Source of the DNA: Myxococcales bacterium
Lineage (GTDB): Bacteria > Myxococcota > Myxococcia > Myxococcales > Anaeromyxobacteraceae
Assembly: GCA_038320275.1 (NCBI GenBank)
Contig: JBBQEB010000026.1
Span: 1-30,565 of the forward strand
Length of the DNA: 30,565 bases
Direction of reading: 5' to 3'
Shown here: in pieces, positions 16,451 to 27,332 of the stretch
Position numbering within the stretch: the stretch's first letter is position 1
Layout of the letters: each line of letters opens with the position of its first letter
The notes under the pieces: generated by a model
Databases searched by the model: none
Seen by the model: the letters and a program-made list of their open reading frames with translations, nothing else
Told to the model about the DNA's origin: nothing
Translations under genes and position numbers: made by a program

Positions 16451-18403
16451 TCACGGGCAGAGCGGCGCCGCGCTCGGGTAGGGATAGAAGGTGGCAGGCT
16501 GTACCGTGGCGTCCACGGCGGCGGGGCTCATGCCGCCGCAGACGAGCGCATCGAGCTCGTCCGCGAGCATGGGCGCTGGCTGCTGGGTGTCCTGCACGTT
16601 CGTGAACTGACCCGGACCGGTGACGGTCCAGGTGTGCCGGGTGTAGCCGCGCCCGTACGGCGGCGTGTTCATGTGCGGCGACGCGAGCGCCCGGTAGAGC
16701 GGGACCGGCTGCGCGCCCGCCTGGGACAGCGACCAGAGCGTGGCCGCGACCTCGTTCTCGTCCATGTTCTGCAGCAGGCCGCCCGTGGGCGTGGGCCGGC
16801 TCCAGGGGCCGTACGCATACCTTCGAATCCCGAGGTCGATCCAGAACATGGTGCCGCTCTGCTTGTCCACGTACACCGGGTCGGCTCGCACGTCGCTGGA
16901 GAAGAAGGTGGCCCACCCTTCCGACCAGGCCTGGCCGGGGAACGTGGGCGTTCCCGCGTAGTGCGTGCCGCCCTCGCGCGGGCTCGTGCCGAAGCTCTGC
17001 ATCACCCAGTGCCCGAGCTCGTGGTCGACGACGCTGATCGCCCATTCCCCGCCGTCGCCAGGATTTCCGGGGAGGGCGATCTGCGTGTCGAAGCGGGCGC
17101 CCAGCGCGACCACCGGCTCGGCGAACATGCACGCGCCGCAGGTCCAGGCCGTCCCCGAGGCCCACCAGGCCGCGAGGCGAAGCCCGGGCCTTCCAGAGAG
17201 CGACTCCGCCCGCCTGCGGCCGGCCGCGAGCGCGTCCCAGATGTACGCGGCGCCGGAGCCGTTGGCCTGCCGCACGAGGAGCTGGCCGAGCGGGACGTCG
17301 TTCACGCGCGCGGACCAGCTCCACAGCCTGGCGCTCTTCGCCTGGTTCGGGTCAAAAGGCGCAGTCCCGATGAGCTGCGGGTCGAGGAGCGCCGAGAGCA
17401 TGCCTCCCGCACCGTCATCCTGCACCGCGCTGAAGAAGATGCGGTCCTCGGCGGTGCGCTCGGAGGCGCTGCGCACCTTCACGGTGAACTTTCCGGCGTC
17501 GGCGGGGGTGACCGCGGTCGAGGTGGCGTCCATGAGGACGTAGCTGCCGTCGGTGGCCTTGGGATCCGGATAGCCCGACGCCACGTGGAAGCCGCGCCCC
17601 GGCACCTGGACGGGCACCGCGGACCAGTCCCTGCGATCGGGCTGCGGAAGGAGCGCCTCCACCAGGAGCCGCCCGGAGTAGAGCTCCGTGCCCCCCGTCA
17701 CGGGCAGGCAGGAGGCGCCGAGGGCGGTCTCCGCGCAGCCGCCCGGACAGGTGGAGGCGGTCGTCCACGCTGCGCCCGCGCAGGTCTGCAGCAGGCTCGC
17801 CTGGCAGCGGCTCATGCCGTCGCGGCAGGCCCCGGGCTGCAGGACGCACGCCGCCCTCCCGTCCTGCGCCACGCAGCTCTCCCCGGCGGCGCAGGTGATC
17901 GTCCGGAGGCTGGGGGCCCCCGCATCCACCGGCGTGGAGCAGTAGGTGAGCGTGGCGGGGCTGCTACACGCCCCGGCCGCCGTGACGCCGCCGCACGGAT
18001 CGGGCGGAGGGTCTTGCGGGCTCCCGGCATCGGCGGCTGGAACGGGCGGCGTGCCGGCATCCGTGCCGGCATCCTGCCCGGGCAGGCCGGCATCCGGGCC
18101 GGGCGTGCCGGCATCCGGAGTGGGCGGGCCGGCATCCGTGGTGGGCGCGCCGGCATCCGGGCCGGCCGTGCCGGCATCCGTGCCGGCGTCCGCGGTGGGC
18201 GGGCCGGCGTCCGCGGTGGGCGGGCCGGCATCCGTCATGGGCGTTGTAGTGCCCGCGTCGGCGATCCCGGGTGCGCTGCCCGCGTCGATCGGCGGGGCGA
18301 GAGCGCCGCCCGCAGCCGCGCCATCGGCGCCGCCGCCGCAGGCCAAGAGGAGGACGAGCGCCGCGCACCCGATCCCCCGCATCCTGTCCGCGGCAGGCCG
18401 CAT
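16451..18403 (-). CDS. Lipoprotein zinc metallopeptidase-like protein (gluzincin type), copy 2 (650 aa)
   Basis: Lipobox LLAC, DAG-repeat linker, Cys-rich module, VVDHELGHWVMQSFGTSP.EGGTH and AWSEGWATFFSSDVR. Alternative start at 18382. Confidence 0.8.
   Translation of the reverse strand: MRPAADRMRGIGCAALVLLLACGGGADGAAAGGALAPPIDAGSAPGIADAGTTTPMTDAGPPTADAGPPTADAGTDAGTAGPDAGAPTTDAGPPTPDAGTPGPDAGLPGQDAGTDAGTPPVPAADAGSPQDPPPDPCGGVTAAGACSSPATLTYCSTPVDAGAPSLRTITCAAGESCVAQDGRAACVLQPGACRDGMSRCQASLLQTCAGAAWTTASTCPGGCAETALGASCLPVTGGTELYSGRLLVEALLPQPDRRDWSAVPVQVPGRGFHVASGYPDPKATDGSYVLMDATSTAVTPADAGKFTVKVRSASERTAEDRIFFSAVQDDGAGGMLSALLDPQLIGTAPFDPNQAKSARLWSWSARVNDVPLGQLLVRQANGSGAAYIWDALAAGRRRAESLSGRPGLRLAAWWASGTAWTCGACMFAEPVVALGARFDTQIALPGNPGDGGEWAISVVDHELGHWVMQSFGTSPREGGTHYAGTPTFPGQAWSEGWATFFSSDVRADPVYVDKQSGTMFWIDLGIRRYAYGPWSRPTPTGGLLQNMDENEVAATLWSLSQAGAQPVPLYRALASPHMNTPPYGRGYTRHTWTVTGPGQFTNVQDTQQPAPMLADELDALVCGGMSPAAVDATVQPATFYPYPSAAPLCP
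18023..18286 (-). repeat. Coding repeat region: 13 DAG motifs in 4-10 aa units
   Basis: Recurrent gccggc(a/g)tc cores on the plus strand; protein reads ...DAGPPTADAGPPTADAGTDAGTAGPDAG... Confidence 0.9.
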
Positions 18404-18965
18404 GGTGCACCCCTGGTGGTTGCCTGGAGGGAGCGAACAACCTCGGCCCGGCCGGGCACGCACGCGCCTCCTCACCGGAGAGCATCTTACGCCAGCATTC
18501 TTGCTGGAACCTGCCCGATCGGGACGAGGGTACGTCGGCATGGTCGAAGCTCCCGGCGCGTCGCCCAAGGCCACAGGCGACCGGGAGGATCCTACCTTCC
18601 CCACAGACAGTGCGGGTCGAGTTGACCTGGGACAATCGAGGCCGCCAACATACGAGCCGGCGTGAGCGCGTCGCCGAAGCGCCAGGAACGGTCCATGCGG
18701 CTGCAGAAGGCGATGGGGATGGAACCTCGCTCTTCTCGGCCCGCGAGGCCGCGGAAATGCGCAACCCGACCTCGGCGGGCATCGCTTCGCGGAAGGTGCT
18801 CGGAACCGGCTGGATGCCCGCGCGCGTCGCGCGGCAGGGCGGTTCAGGCGCTTGAACCGAATTCGTCCGCGACATGAGCTCGGGGACGCCAGGTCCCGAG
18901 GGCTCGGTTCGCGGTGTGTCCCGGGGCGGAAACAGGTTCAGGACCGGCAGCGCCCGTGCGCACGA

Positions 18966-20453
18966 CTACGGCAGCACCGTCTCCCCGTACATGAGGTACT
19001 TGTCGACGCCCTTGGCGGCCCGGCGTCCCTCGTGGATGGCCCACACCACCAGCGATTGACCGCGCACGCAATCGCCCGCGGCAAAGACGCCTGGGACGCT
19101 CGTCATCTTGTCGTCGTCGGCCCAGACGTTGCCGCGGTCGTCCAGCTTCAAACCGAGCTCGCCCGGGAGACCCTTCTCCGGGCCGGTGAAGCCGAGGGCG
19201 AGCAGCACCAGGTCGGCGGGAATGACGCGCTCCGTCCCTTCGATCTCGCGCGGCCCCAGGGGCCGTCCGCCCTCTCCGCGCAGCCACTCGATACCGACGA
19301 GGTGGAGCTCCTTCACTGCGCCCCGTTCGTCTCCCACGAAGCGCTTCGTCCCCACCGCGTACTGCCGGGGGTCCTCCCCCCAGAGCGCCTTCGCCTCCTC
19401 CTGGCCGTAGTCGAGCTTGTAGACCTTGGGCCACTGCGGCCAGGGGTTGTCGGCGGCTCGCTCGTCCGGCGGCTGCGGCATGATCTCGAGCTGAATCACC
19501 CGCTTCGCCCCGTGCCGGATGGCGGTGCCCACGCAATCCGTGCCGGTGTCGCCTCCACCGATCACCACCACGTTCTTCCCCTTGGCGGAGATGAACGCGC
19601 CCTCCTCGCAGCGATGGTCGAGGAGCGCCTTCGTGTTGGCGTGCAGGAACTCCATCGCGAGGTGGACCCCGCGCAGGCGCCGGCCTTCGATGGAGAGCTC
19701 CCGGGCAGCGGTGGCCCCGGCGCAGAGGACGGCCGCGTCGAATTCGCTCGTGAGCCGGCCCGCGGCGAGGTCCTTCCCCACCTCCACTCCGGTGACGAAC
19801 TTGATGCCCTCGTCGACCATGAGCTTCACGCGGCGGTCGACGATGCCCTTGTCGAGCTTCATGTTGGGGATGCCGTACATGAGGAGGCCTCCCACCCGAT
19901 CGGCCCGCTCGTACACGGTGACGGTGTGGCCCGCCCGGTTGAGCTGCGCCGCAGCGGCGAGACCGGCGGGCCCCGAGCCCACCACGGCCACGCGCTTGCC
20001 GGTGCGCGCCAGCGGCGGCCGGGGGGTCACCCAGCCGTTCGCGAAGGCGCGCTCGATGATCTCGCACTCGATGGCCTTGATGGTGACCGGGAGGGCGTTG
20101 ATGCCGAGCGTACAGGAGCCCTCGCACGGCGCAGGGCAGACCCGGCCCGTGAACTCGGGGAAGTTGTTGGTCTTGTGGAGGCGGATGATCGCCTCCTGCC
20201 ATTGACCCCGGTAGACGAGGTCGTTCCACTCGGGGATGAGGTTGTTCACCGGGCAGCCGGTGGCCATCCCGGACAAAAGCTCGCCGGTGTGGCAGAAGGG
20301 AATGCCGCAGTCCATGCAGCGCGCGCCCTGCTCGCGCATGGTCTCCTCGGAGTAGGGCGGATGCGCCTCGCCCCAGTCCTTGATGCGCTCGAGCGGAGGC
20401 CGCACGTGCGGCCCCTCCCGCGGGTAGTCCAGGAATCCGGTCGGCTTGCCCAT
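18966..20453 (-). CDS. gltD: Glutamate synthase small (beta) subunit
   Basis: [57 protein letters not shown]. Confidence 0.97.
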   Translation of the reverse strand: MGKPTGFLDYPREGPHVRPPLERIKDWGEAHPPYSEETMREQGARCMDCGIPFCHTGELLSGMATGCPVNNLIPEWNDLVYRGQWQEAIIRLHKTNNFPEFTGRVCPAPCEGSCTLGINALPVTIKAIECEIIERAFANGWVTPRPPLARTGKRVAVVGSGPAGLAAAAQLNRAGHTVTVYERADRVGGLLMYGIPNMKLDKGIVDRRVKLMVDEGIKFVTGVEVGKDLAAGRLTSEFDAAVLCAGATAARELSIEGRRLRGVHLAMEFLHANTKALLDHRCEEGAFISAKGKNVVVIGGGDTGTDCVGTAIRHGAKRVIQLEIMPQPPDERAADNPWPQWPKVYKLDYGQEEAKALWGEDPRQYAVGTKRFVGDERGAVKELHLVGIEWLRGEGGRPLGPREIEGTERVIPADLVLLALGFTGPEKGLPGELGLKLDDRGNVWADDDKMTSVPGVFAAGDCVRGQSLVVWAIHEGRRAAKGVDKYLMYGETVLP

Positions 20454-20468
20454 GAGGTTCTCTCGTTT

Positions 20469-23400
20469 CTAGGTGCCGGCCACGCGCATCGCGTCGTGGG
20501 TGTTCTCCTCGAAGGCGGCCATCTCCGCCTCCTCGTGGGAGAGCCCCCGGCCGCGCATGCGCGCCTGTGCCTCGAGCACCCGGCGATAGTCGTTCGGCAC
20601 CACGCACACCATCCGGCGCAGCGTGTCGTTCCAGGCTTCGAGCAAGCGCCCACCCAGGGTCGAGCGCGTCGCCGCCACGTGGCGCTCGACGAGGGCGCGG
20701 ACCTCCGCGATCTCCCCCTCGTCCTCCAGCGCGGAGAGACTCACCATCTCGGGGTTGCAGCGGGTCGAGAAGTTGCCGTCCGCGTCGAGCACGTAGGCGA
20801 TCCCTCCCGACATGCCCGCCGCGAAGTTTCGGCCGGTCCGCCCCAGCACCACCACCCGGCCGCCCGTCATGTACTCGCAGCCGTGGTCGCCCACGCCTTC
20901 GACCACCGCGCTCGCGCCGGAGTTGCGCACGGCGAAGCGCTCCCCGGCGACCCCGCGCAGGAAGGCCTCGCCGCCCGTGGCCCCGTAGAGCGCCACGTTG
21001 CCGATGAGCACGTTCTCCTCGGCGAGGAAGCGGGCGCCCGCCGGCGGGAACACGACGATGCGACCCCCGGAGAGCCCCTTGCCGACGTAGTCATTGGCGT
21101 CGCCTTCCAGGGTGAGGGTGATGCCGCGGGGGAGGAATGCGCCAAAGCTCTGGCCCGCCGTTCCCCGGAAGTGGAGCCGGATGGTGTCGTCCGGAAGCCC
21201 CTCCGGCCCGTGGCGGCGCGTGAGCTCCGAGCCGAGCATGGTGCCCACCACGCGGTTGGTATTGCGGATGGGCAGGGTCGCCTCGACGCGCTTCTTCGAC
21301 TCCAGCGCCGGCCGGCAGAGGTCGAGCAGCGTGGTCGCGTCGAGCGCCTCGTCGAGCCCGTGGTCCTGCGGGATCTGACAGGTCCGGCCGTAGTGCTTGG
21401 GGACGGTGGGCTTGAAGAGGATGCGGCTGAAGTCGAGGTTGCGGGCTTTCCAGTGGTCCACCGCCCGGCGCATCTCGAGCCGCTCGGAGCGCCCCACCAT
21501 CTCGTCGACCGTGCGGAAGCCGAGCGCGGCCATGTGCTCGCGCACCTCCTCCGCCACGAAGCGCATGAAGTTCACCACGTGGGCCGGGTCGCCGGTGAAG
21601 CGCTTGCGCAGCTCCGGAGCCTGCGTGGAGACGCCCACCGGACAGGTGTTGAGGTGGCAGGCACGCATCATGATGCAGCCCAGCACCACCAGCGGCGCGG
21701 TGGCGAACCCGAACTCCTCCGCTCCGAGGAGCGCCGCCACCACCACATCCCGCCCGGTCTTCAGCTGGCCGTCGCACTCCACCGCGATGCGGGAGCGGAG
21801 GTTGTTCATCACCAGCACCTGGTGCGTCTCGGCGAGGCCGAGCTCCCAGGGGATGCCCGCGTGCTTGATGGAGGTGAGGGGGGACGCGCCCGTACCACCG
21901 TCGTGGCCGCTGATGAGCACCACGTCGGCGTGCGCCTTGGCGACGCCCGCGGCGATGGTCCCGACCCCCACCTCGGCCACCAGCTTCACCGAGATGCGCG
22001 CGCCGTGGTTCGCGTTCTTGAGGTCGTGGATGAGCTGGGCAAGGTCTTCGATGGAGTAGATGTCGTGGTGCGGCGGCGGCGAGATGAGCCCCACGCCCGG
22101 CGTCGCGTGGCGCGTCTTCGCGATCCACGGGTACACCTTGGAACCCGGGAGCTGGCCACCCTCGCCCGGCTTCGCGCCCTGCGCCATCTTGATCTGCAGC
22201 TCGCGCGCCTGGACGAGGTAGTAGCTCGTCACGCCAAAGCGGCCCGAGGCCACCTGCTTGATGGCCGAGTTCTTGGAGTCGCCGTTCGGCATGGGCGCGT
22301 AGCGCGCCGGGTCCTCGCCGCCCTCGCCGGTGTTCGACTTTCCGCCGATGCGATTCATCGCCACGGCGAGCGCCTCGTGCGCCTCCTGGGAGATGGAGCC
22401 GTAGCTCATCGCGCCGGTCTTGAAGCGTCGGACGATGGCCTCCACCGGCTCGACCTCCTCGAGGGGCACCGGCTTCGGCGGCAGCTTGAAGTCCATGAGC
22501 CCGCGCAGCGTGCAGAGCGCGGTCGACTGATCGTCGACGAGCTTCGCGTACTCCTTGAACATCGCGTAATTGTCCGTCCGGCAGGCGAACTGGAGCTTGT
22601 GCACGGTGAACGGGTTGAAGAGGTGCAGCTCGCCGTCCTGCCGGAACTGGTACTGCCCGCCGGTGCCGAGCTGGCGGTGGACGACGGGGCGCTTGGGCGG
22701 AAACGCGCGGTCGTGCCGCATCTTCACCTCGCGCGCGACCACGTCGATGCCCACCCCGCCGATGCGCGTCGGGGTCCAGGTGAAGTACTCGTCGATGAAG
22801 TCCTGGTTCAGCCCCACCGCCTCGAACACCTGGGCGCCGTGGTAGCTCTGCACCGTCGAGATCCCCATCTTCGAGATCACCTTCACGATGCCCTTGTTGA
22901 CAGCCTTCACGTACTTCTTCTCGGCGGCGTCGGGCGACCCCTTCACCATGCCGAGCCGGATCTGGTCGTGGAGCGTCTCCAGCGCCAGGTAGGGGTTCAC
23001 GGCCGATGCGCCGTAGCCGATGAGGAGCGCGAAGTGGTGCACCTCGCGCGGCTCGCCCGTCTCGAGCACGAGGCCGACCTTGGTGCGCGTCCCCTCGCGC
23101 AGGAGGTGGTGCTGCACGGACGCCACGGTGAGCAGCGCCGGAATGGGCGCCATCTCCTCGTCCAGGCCACGGTCGGACAGCACGATGATGTTGTGCCCCT
23201 CGGCGATGGCCTCGGAGGTGGACCAGCGCAGGTCCTCGATGGCCTTGCGCAGCCCCGCCCCGCCATCGCGGACGCGGAACACGGCCGGCAGCGTGATGGC
23301 CTTGAAGCCACGCGAGCCGTCCTTGCCGTCGAGGCGGCGGATGCGCTCCAGCTCGTCGTTGCGCAGGATGGGCGTCGGCAGCGCGATCTGGCGCGCCGAG

Positions 23401-25079
23401 AGCGGCGTCGCCTCGAGCAGGTTCACCTCCGGCCCGATCGCGGTCTCCACCGCCATGATGATCTCCTCCCGGATGGCGTCCACGGGGGGGTTCGTCACCT
23501 GGGCGAAGAGCTGCTTGAAGTAGTTGTAGAGGAGCTGGGGCTTCGCCGAGAGCACCGCCAGCGGCGTGTCGTTCCCCATCGAGCCGATGGGCTCGGTCCC
23601 CGATTCGGCCATCGGGTTCACGAGGATCCGCACATCCTCGGCGGTGTAGCCGAAGGCCTCCTGCCGGCGCAGCACCGTCTCGTGATCGGGCTCGATCACG
23701 GTGTCGGGCGCGGGCAGGTCGGAGAGTGGAACCAGGTTCTCGCGCAGCCACAGGTCGTAGGGCTGACCGGTCGCGATGGTGTGCTTCAGCTCGGCGTCGC
23801 CCACGATCCGCTTCTGGGAGGTGTCCACGAGGAACATGCGGCCGGGCTGGAGCCGGCCCTTGCACACCACCCGGTCGGGCGGAATGTCGAGGACGCCCAC
23901 CTCGCTCGCCATGACCACCAGGTCGTCGGAGGTGACGTAGTAGCGCGCCGGGCGCAGCCCGTTGCGGTCGAGGGTCGCGCCGACGCTGACCCCGTCGGTG
24001 AAGGCGATCGAGGCCGGGCCGTCCCACGCCTCCATGAGGCAGGAGTGGAGCTCGTAGAACGCCCTCTTCTCCGGGGTCATCCCCGGATCCCGGGCGTAGG
24101 GCTCCGGCACCATCATCATCATGGCGTGCGGGAGCGAGCGGCCGCCCAGGTGCAGGAGCTCCAGCACGTTGTCGAACATCGCGGAGTCGGAGCCCTCCAG
24201 GTCGATGACCGTGAGGACCTTCTTCAGATCGTCGCCGAAGAGCTCCGAGCGCATCATCGACTGGCGCGCGTGCATCCAGTTGATGTTCCCGCGCAGCGTG
24301 TTGATCTCGCCGTTGTGCGAGATGTAGCGATACGGGTGGGCGCGCGACCAGGAGGGAAAGGTGTTGGTGGAGAAGCGCGAGTGCACCATCCCGATGGCGG
24401 TCTCGAAGCTCGGGTCCTGCAGGTCGGGGTAGAAGGCGAGGAGCTGCCCCGCGTTCAGCATGCCCTTGTAGACGATGGTCTTGTGCGAGAGGCTCGGGAC
24501 GTAGAAGAAGCCGCGCTGGGGCAACGACGAGCGCGAGACGGCCTTCTCGACCAGCCGCCGGATGACGTAGAGCTTCCGCTCGAAGGCGGCCGCGTCCTGG
24601 ATGGCCGCCCCCGGCGCGATGAAGACCTGGCGGATGACCGGCTGGCTCGCGCGGGCGGTCGCGCCCAGGCTCCCGTTGTCGGTGGGCACGTCGCGCCAGC
24701 CGAGGAGCCGCTGCCCCTCGTCGCGCACCACCTCCTCCAGCATCCGTTCGCAGGCGCGGCGGCTCGCCTCGGCCTGCGGCAGGTACACCATGCCCGCGGC
24801 GTAGCCGCCTGGCCCCGGCAGCTGGATGCCGCACTCGCCCGCGGCGCGCGCGAGAAACCGATGCGGCAGCTGCGCCAGCAGCCCGGCCCCATCCCCGGAG
24901 TTCTTCTCGGAGCCGGCCGCCCCGCGATGCTCCAGGTTCACGAGCACGGTGAGCGCCTTGTGGGCGATGTCGTGCGAGGCGCGGCCCTGGATGTCCACCA
25001 CGAAGCCGAAGCCACAGGCGTCGTGCTCCTGCCGTGGATCGTACAGGCCCTGCCGAGGGGGACAGCCGTGCCGTGTCAT
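20469..25079 (-). CDS. gltB: Glutamate synthase large (alpha) subunit
   Basis: Propeptide followed by the catalytic Cys in [43 protein letters not shown], 3Fe-4S motif [18 protein letters not shown]-terminal domain. GAGGAG SD. Confidence 0.98.
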   Translation of the reverse strand: MTRHGCPPRQGLYDPRQEHDACGFGFVVDIQGRASHDIAHKALTVLVNLEHRGAAGSEKNSGDGAGLLAQLPHRFLARAAGECGIQLPGPGGYAAGMVYLPQAEASRRACERMLEEVVRDEGQRLLGWRDVPTDNGSLGATARASQPVIRQVFIAPGAAIQDAAAFERKLYVIRRLVEKAVSRSSLPQRGFFYVPSLSHKTIVYKGMLNAGQLLAFYPDLQDPSFETAIGMVHSRFSTNTFPSWSRAHPYRYISHNGEINTLRGNINWMHARQSMMRSELFGDDLKKVLTVIDLEGSDSAMFDNVLELLHLGGRSLPHAMMMMVPEPYARDPGMTPEKRAFYELHSCLMEAWDGPASIAFTDGVSVGATLDRNGLRPARYYVTSDDLVVMASEVGVLDIPPDRVVCKGRLQPGRMFLVDTSQKRIVGDAELKHTIATGQPYDLWLRENLVPLSDLPAPDTVIEPDHETVLRRQEAFGYTAEDVRILVNPMAESGTEPIGSMGNDTPLAVLSAKPQLLYNYFKQLFAQVTNPPVDAIREEIIMAVETAIGPEVNLLEATPLSARQIALPTPILRNDELERIRRLDGKDGSRGFKAITLPAVFRVRDGGAGLRKAIEDLRWSTSEAIAEGHNIIVLSDRGLDEEMAPIPALLTVASVQHHLLREGTRTKVGLVLETGEPREVHHFALLIGYGASAVNPYLALETLHDQIRLGMVKGSPDAAEKKYVKAVNKGIVKVISKMGISTVQSYHGAQVFEAVGLNQDFIDEYFTWTPTRIGGVGIDVVAREVKMRHDRAFPPKRPVVHRQLGTGGQYQFRQDGELHLFNPFTVHKLQFACRTDNYAMFKEYAKLVDDQSTALCTLRGLMDFKLPPKPVPLEEVEPVEAIVRRFKTGAMSYGSISQEAHEALAVAMNRIGGKSNTGEGGEDPARYAPMPNGDSKNSAIKQVASGRFGVTSYYLVQARELQIKMAQGAKPGEGGQLPGSKVYPWIAKTRHATPGVGLISPPPHHDIYSIEDLAQLIHDLKNANHGARISVKLVAEVGVGTIAAGVAKAHADVVLISGHDGGTGASPLTSIKHAGIPWELGLAETHQVLVMNNLRSRIAVECDGQLKTGRDVVVAALLGAEEFGFATAPLVVLGCIMMRACHLNTCPVGVSTQAPELRKRFTGDPAHVVNFMRFVAEEVREHMAALGFRTVDEMVGRSERLEMRRAVDHWKARNLDFSRILFKPTVPKHYGRTCQIPQDHGLDEALDATTLLDLCRPALESKKRVEATLPIRNTNRVVGTMLGSELTRRHGPEGLPDDTIRLHFRGTAGQSFGAFLPRGITLTLEGDANDYVGKGLSGGRIVVFPPAGARFLAEENVLIGNVALYGATGGEAFLRGVAGERFAVRNSGASAVVEGVGDHGCEYMTGGRVVVLGRTGRNFAAGMSGGIAYVLDADGNFSTRCNPEMVSLSALEDEGEIAEVRALVERHVAATRSTLGGRLLEAWNDTLRRMVCVVPNDYRRVLEAQARMRGRGLSHEEAEMAAFEENTHDAMRVAGT

Positions 25080-25206
25080 CTACTCTCCTCAACCCGTTCT
25101 CGACGAAGGAGGCCCCGCGACCCGCCCTCGGCTCCGCCTGGGAATGGCGGCGCCCCCCGGCCGGCCCTGCGCCGGCCGATCTCTCATGCTGCCTACACCG
25201 GATCAC

Positions 25207-25234
25207 TTTCTAACGGGGGGCCGCACCGCGTCAA
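25207..25234 (-). promoter_or_regulatory. Candidate sigma70 promoter for gltBD
   Basis: TTGACG-16 nt-TAGAAA on the minus strand in the divergent gltB/ligase gap. The -10 box is imperfect. Confidence 0.35.
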
Positions 25235-25284
25235 CGCTCGGCACCCAAGCCCGGCGCGTGAGCGCCCAGGCGGCAGGTTAAGAG

Positions 25285-26331
25285 ATGGGCGTGTCGTGGC
25301 CCTCCCTCGCGCTTCCGCTCCTCCCCCCGTTCCCGCCCATGGAAGCGAAGCTCGTCGACGAGCTCGCGGCCGGCCCCGGCTGGCAGTACGAGCCGAAGTG
25401 GGACGGGTTCCGGTGCCTCGCGTTCCGTGACGGTGCCGCGCTGGCGCTGCAGTCCAAGGCCGGCCAGCCCCTGGGGCGCTACTTTCCGGAGGTGGAGGCG
25501 GCGCTGCTCGCGCTTCCCGCGCAGCGCTTCGTGCTCGACTGCGAGCTCGTCATCCCGGTGGAAGGCGGGTTCGCCTTCGAGCCGCTCCTCCAGCGCATCC
25601 ACCCGGCCCGGAGCCGCGTCGAACGTCTCGCGCGCGAGACCCCCGCGGCCGTGCTCGCCTTCGACCTCCTGGTGGACGAAGAGGCGCGCGCTCTCGTCGC
25701 GGAGCCCCTCGCGATGCGGCGCGAGCGACTGGAGGCGTTCGCCCGCTCGGCGTTCTCCGGAGGATCGGTGCGGCTCTCGCCGCGCACGTTCGACCGCGTC
25801 GAAGCGGAGGGCTGGCTGGACGGAGCGCGGGGCATCGACGGCGTGGTGGCGAAGCGGCTCGACGGTGCGTACGCCTCCGGCGAGCGCGCCATGCAGAAGG
25901 TGAAGCGGCGGCGCACCGCCGACTGCGTGGTGGGGGGCTTCCGCTGGGCAGCCAAGGTCGAGGGCGAGATCGGCTCGCTCCTGCTCGGCCTTCACGGCGA
26001 GGATGGCCGGCTCCACTACGTCGGCCACACGTCGAGCTTCAGCAAGGAGGAGCGCCGCCGGGTCACCGACCTCTTCCTGCCGCTGCGCGGGCCGTCCGGC
26101 TTCACGGGCGAGGCGCCCGGCGGCCCGTCGCGCTGGGCTCGTGGCCGCAGCACGGACTGGGAGCCGCTCCGACCGGACTGCGTGGTGGAGGTGGAGTACC
26201 ACCACGCGAGCGGAGGCCGCTTTCGCCACGGCACGCGGCTCCTGCGGCTGCGGCCGGACAAGGACCCACGCTCCTGCGGCTTCGAGCAGCTCGGCGGGCT
26301 CACGACGTTCGCGGACCGGGAAGGTTCGTGA
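25285..26331 (+). CDS. ATP-dependent DNA ligase, LigC-like (348 aa)
   Basis: Motif I YEPKWDGFR, III FVLDCELV, IIIa AFDLL, IV GIDGVVAK, V KVK; OB-fold GSLLLGL, SRW, GRFRH...RPDKDP.SC. Confidence 0.9.
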   Translation: MGVSWPSLALPLLPPFPPMEAKLVDELAAGPGWQYEPKWDGFRCLAFRDGAALALQSKAGQPLGRYFPEVEAALLALPAQRFVLDCELVIPVEGGFAFEPLLQRIHPARSRVERLARETPAAVLAFDLLVDEEARALVAEPLAMRRERLEAFARSAFSGGSVRLSPRTFDRVEAEGWLDGARGIDGVVAKRLDGAYASGERAMQKVKRRRTADCVVGGFRWAAKVEGEIGSLLLGLHGEDGRLHYVGHTSSFSKEERRRVTDLFLPLRGPSGFTGEAPGGPSRWARGRSTDWEPLRPDCVVEVEYHHASGGRFRHGTRLLRLRPDKDPRSCGFEQLGGLTTFADREGS

Positions 26332-27332
26332 GCTTCCGGCACGGCGGCGCGCGCGGCGGCGGGGTGGGGGTCGCGCTGCCCCTCGCCGCGGTCGCCCTCC
26401 TGGTTGCCTGTTCCCGCCCGCCGGAGCGGCTCGTGATGGCGCGCATGGCCCAGCCCGCGGGAGTCCTCGTGTACGTCGGCCAGGATCACGGCACCTTCCG
26501 CGCCGCCGGGCTCGACGTCGTCTGGCGGGACTACCCGGCCGGACGGGACGCGCTCAGCGCACTGCTCGCCCACGAGGTGGACGTAGCGGTGGCGTACACC
26601 ACGCCCGTCGTGCTCCAGTCGTTCGATCACCCCGAGCTGCGGGTGCTGACCACCCTCCACACCGGGCGCCGTAACTGCGCCATCGTGCTGCGCCGCGATC
26701 GCGGGATCGTCTCGGCCGAGGGGCTGCGCGGCCGCACGATCGCGCTCACGCCGGGGACGAGCGCGGAGTACTTCATGGGCTCGCTGCTCGCCTACTCCGC
26801 CATTCCCGCCAGCGCCGTCCATGTCATCAACCGCGAGCCGAACGGTCTGGTGGAGGCCCTGCGGACGGGCGAGGTCGACGGAATCGTGGTCTGGCCGCCA
26901 CTCCTCGGGCGGGCCGAGCGCGCGCTGGGGCCCAATGGAGCCGTGGTGCTCCACTCCGACGTGTACGACGAGGCCTCGCTCGTGGTGACCCGCGCCGACG
27001 TCCTCGCGACTCGCCGCCCGGCCCTCCTCGCTCTCATCCGGGCGCTCGCGAGGGCCGAGGCCATCGCCGCGGACGACCCTGCCGCCGCCCCGGCGGCGCT
27101 CGCCAGGGCCTTGCCCGGCGAGGATCCCGTCGACCTGCGCTCCGGGCTGGCGCGGGTGACCCCGCGGCTCGGGCTCGACAACCGGACCCTTACCCTGCTG
27201 GACACCGCGGCGGAGTGGTTCGGGGCGCGGCAAGGGCGACGCGGGCCGCCCCCTCGCTACGTGGACATGCTCGCTCCCTCGCTGCTGCTCGAGGTCGAGC
27301 CGGAGGCGGTCACGGTGGAGGGAGCGCGGTGA
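26328..27332 (+). CDS. SsuA/NMT1/THI5-like substrate-binding lipoprotein
   Basis: Lipobox LVAC; G.F.AAGLDV, GRDALSAL, EVDVA, GLRGRTIALTPGTSAEYF, ALRTGEVDGIVVWPP. GTGA overlaps with both neighbours. Confidence 0.85.
   Translation: MSFRHGGARGGGVGVALPLAAVALLVACSRPPERLVMARMAQPAGVLVYVGQDHGTFRAAGLDVVWRDYPAGRDALSALLAHEVDVAVAYTTPVVLQSFDHPELRVLTTLHTGRRNCAIVLRRDRGIVSAEGLRGRTIALTPGTSAEYFMGSLLAYSAIPASAVHVINREPNGLVEALRTGEVDGIVVWPPLLGRAERALGPNGAVVLHSDVYDEASLVVTRADVLATRRPALLALIRALARAEAIAADDPAAAPAALARALPGEDPVDLRSGLARVTPRLGLDNRTLTLLDTAAEWFGARQGRRGPPPRYVDMLAPSLLLEVEPEAVTVEGAR

Noticed and set aside
18023..18286. CRISPR or iteron interpretation of the gccggcatcc repeats
   Set aside because: All periods are multiples of 3 and in frame, so they are explained as DAG peptide repeats.
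11626..18403. Diversity-generating retroelement template/variable repeat pair
   Set aside because: No reverse transcriptase; differences are not adenine-specific; both copies are full-length paralogous genes.
18481..18495. Sigma54 promoter CTGGCGTAAGATGCT (minus strand) upstream of peptidase copy 2
   Set aside because: GG-to-GC spacing is 8 nt, not the required 10.
25080..25206. Riboswitch or leader peptide upstream of gltB
   Set aside because: No recognisable glutamine-riboswitch consensus; the short upstream frame lacks Glu/Gln-rich control codons; hairpins are unremarkable for this GC content.
18852..25430. 2192-aa plus-strand ORF (and the 1371-aa minus ORF 21091-25206)
   Set aside because: Shadow frames of gltB/gltD caused by GC3 bias; no recognisable motifs.
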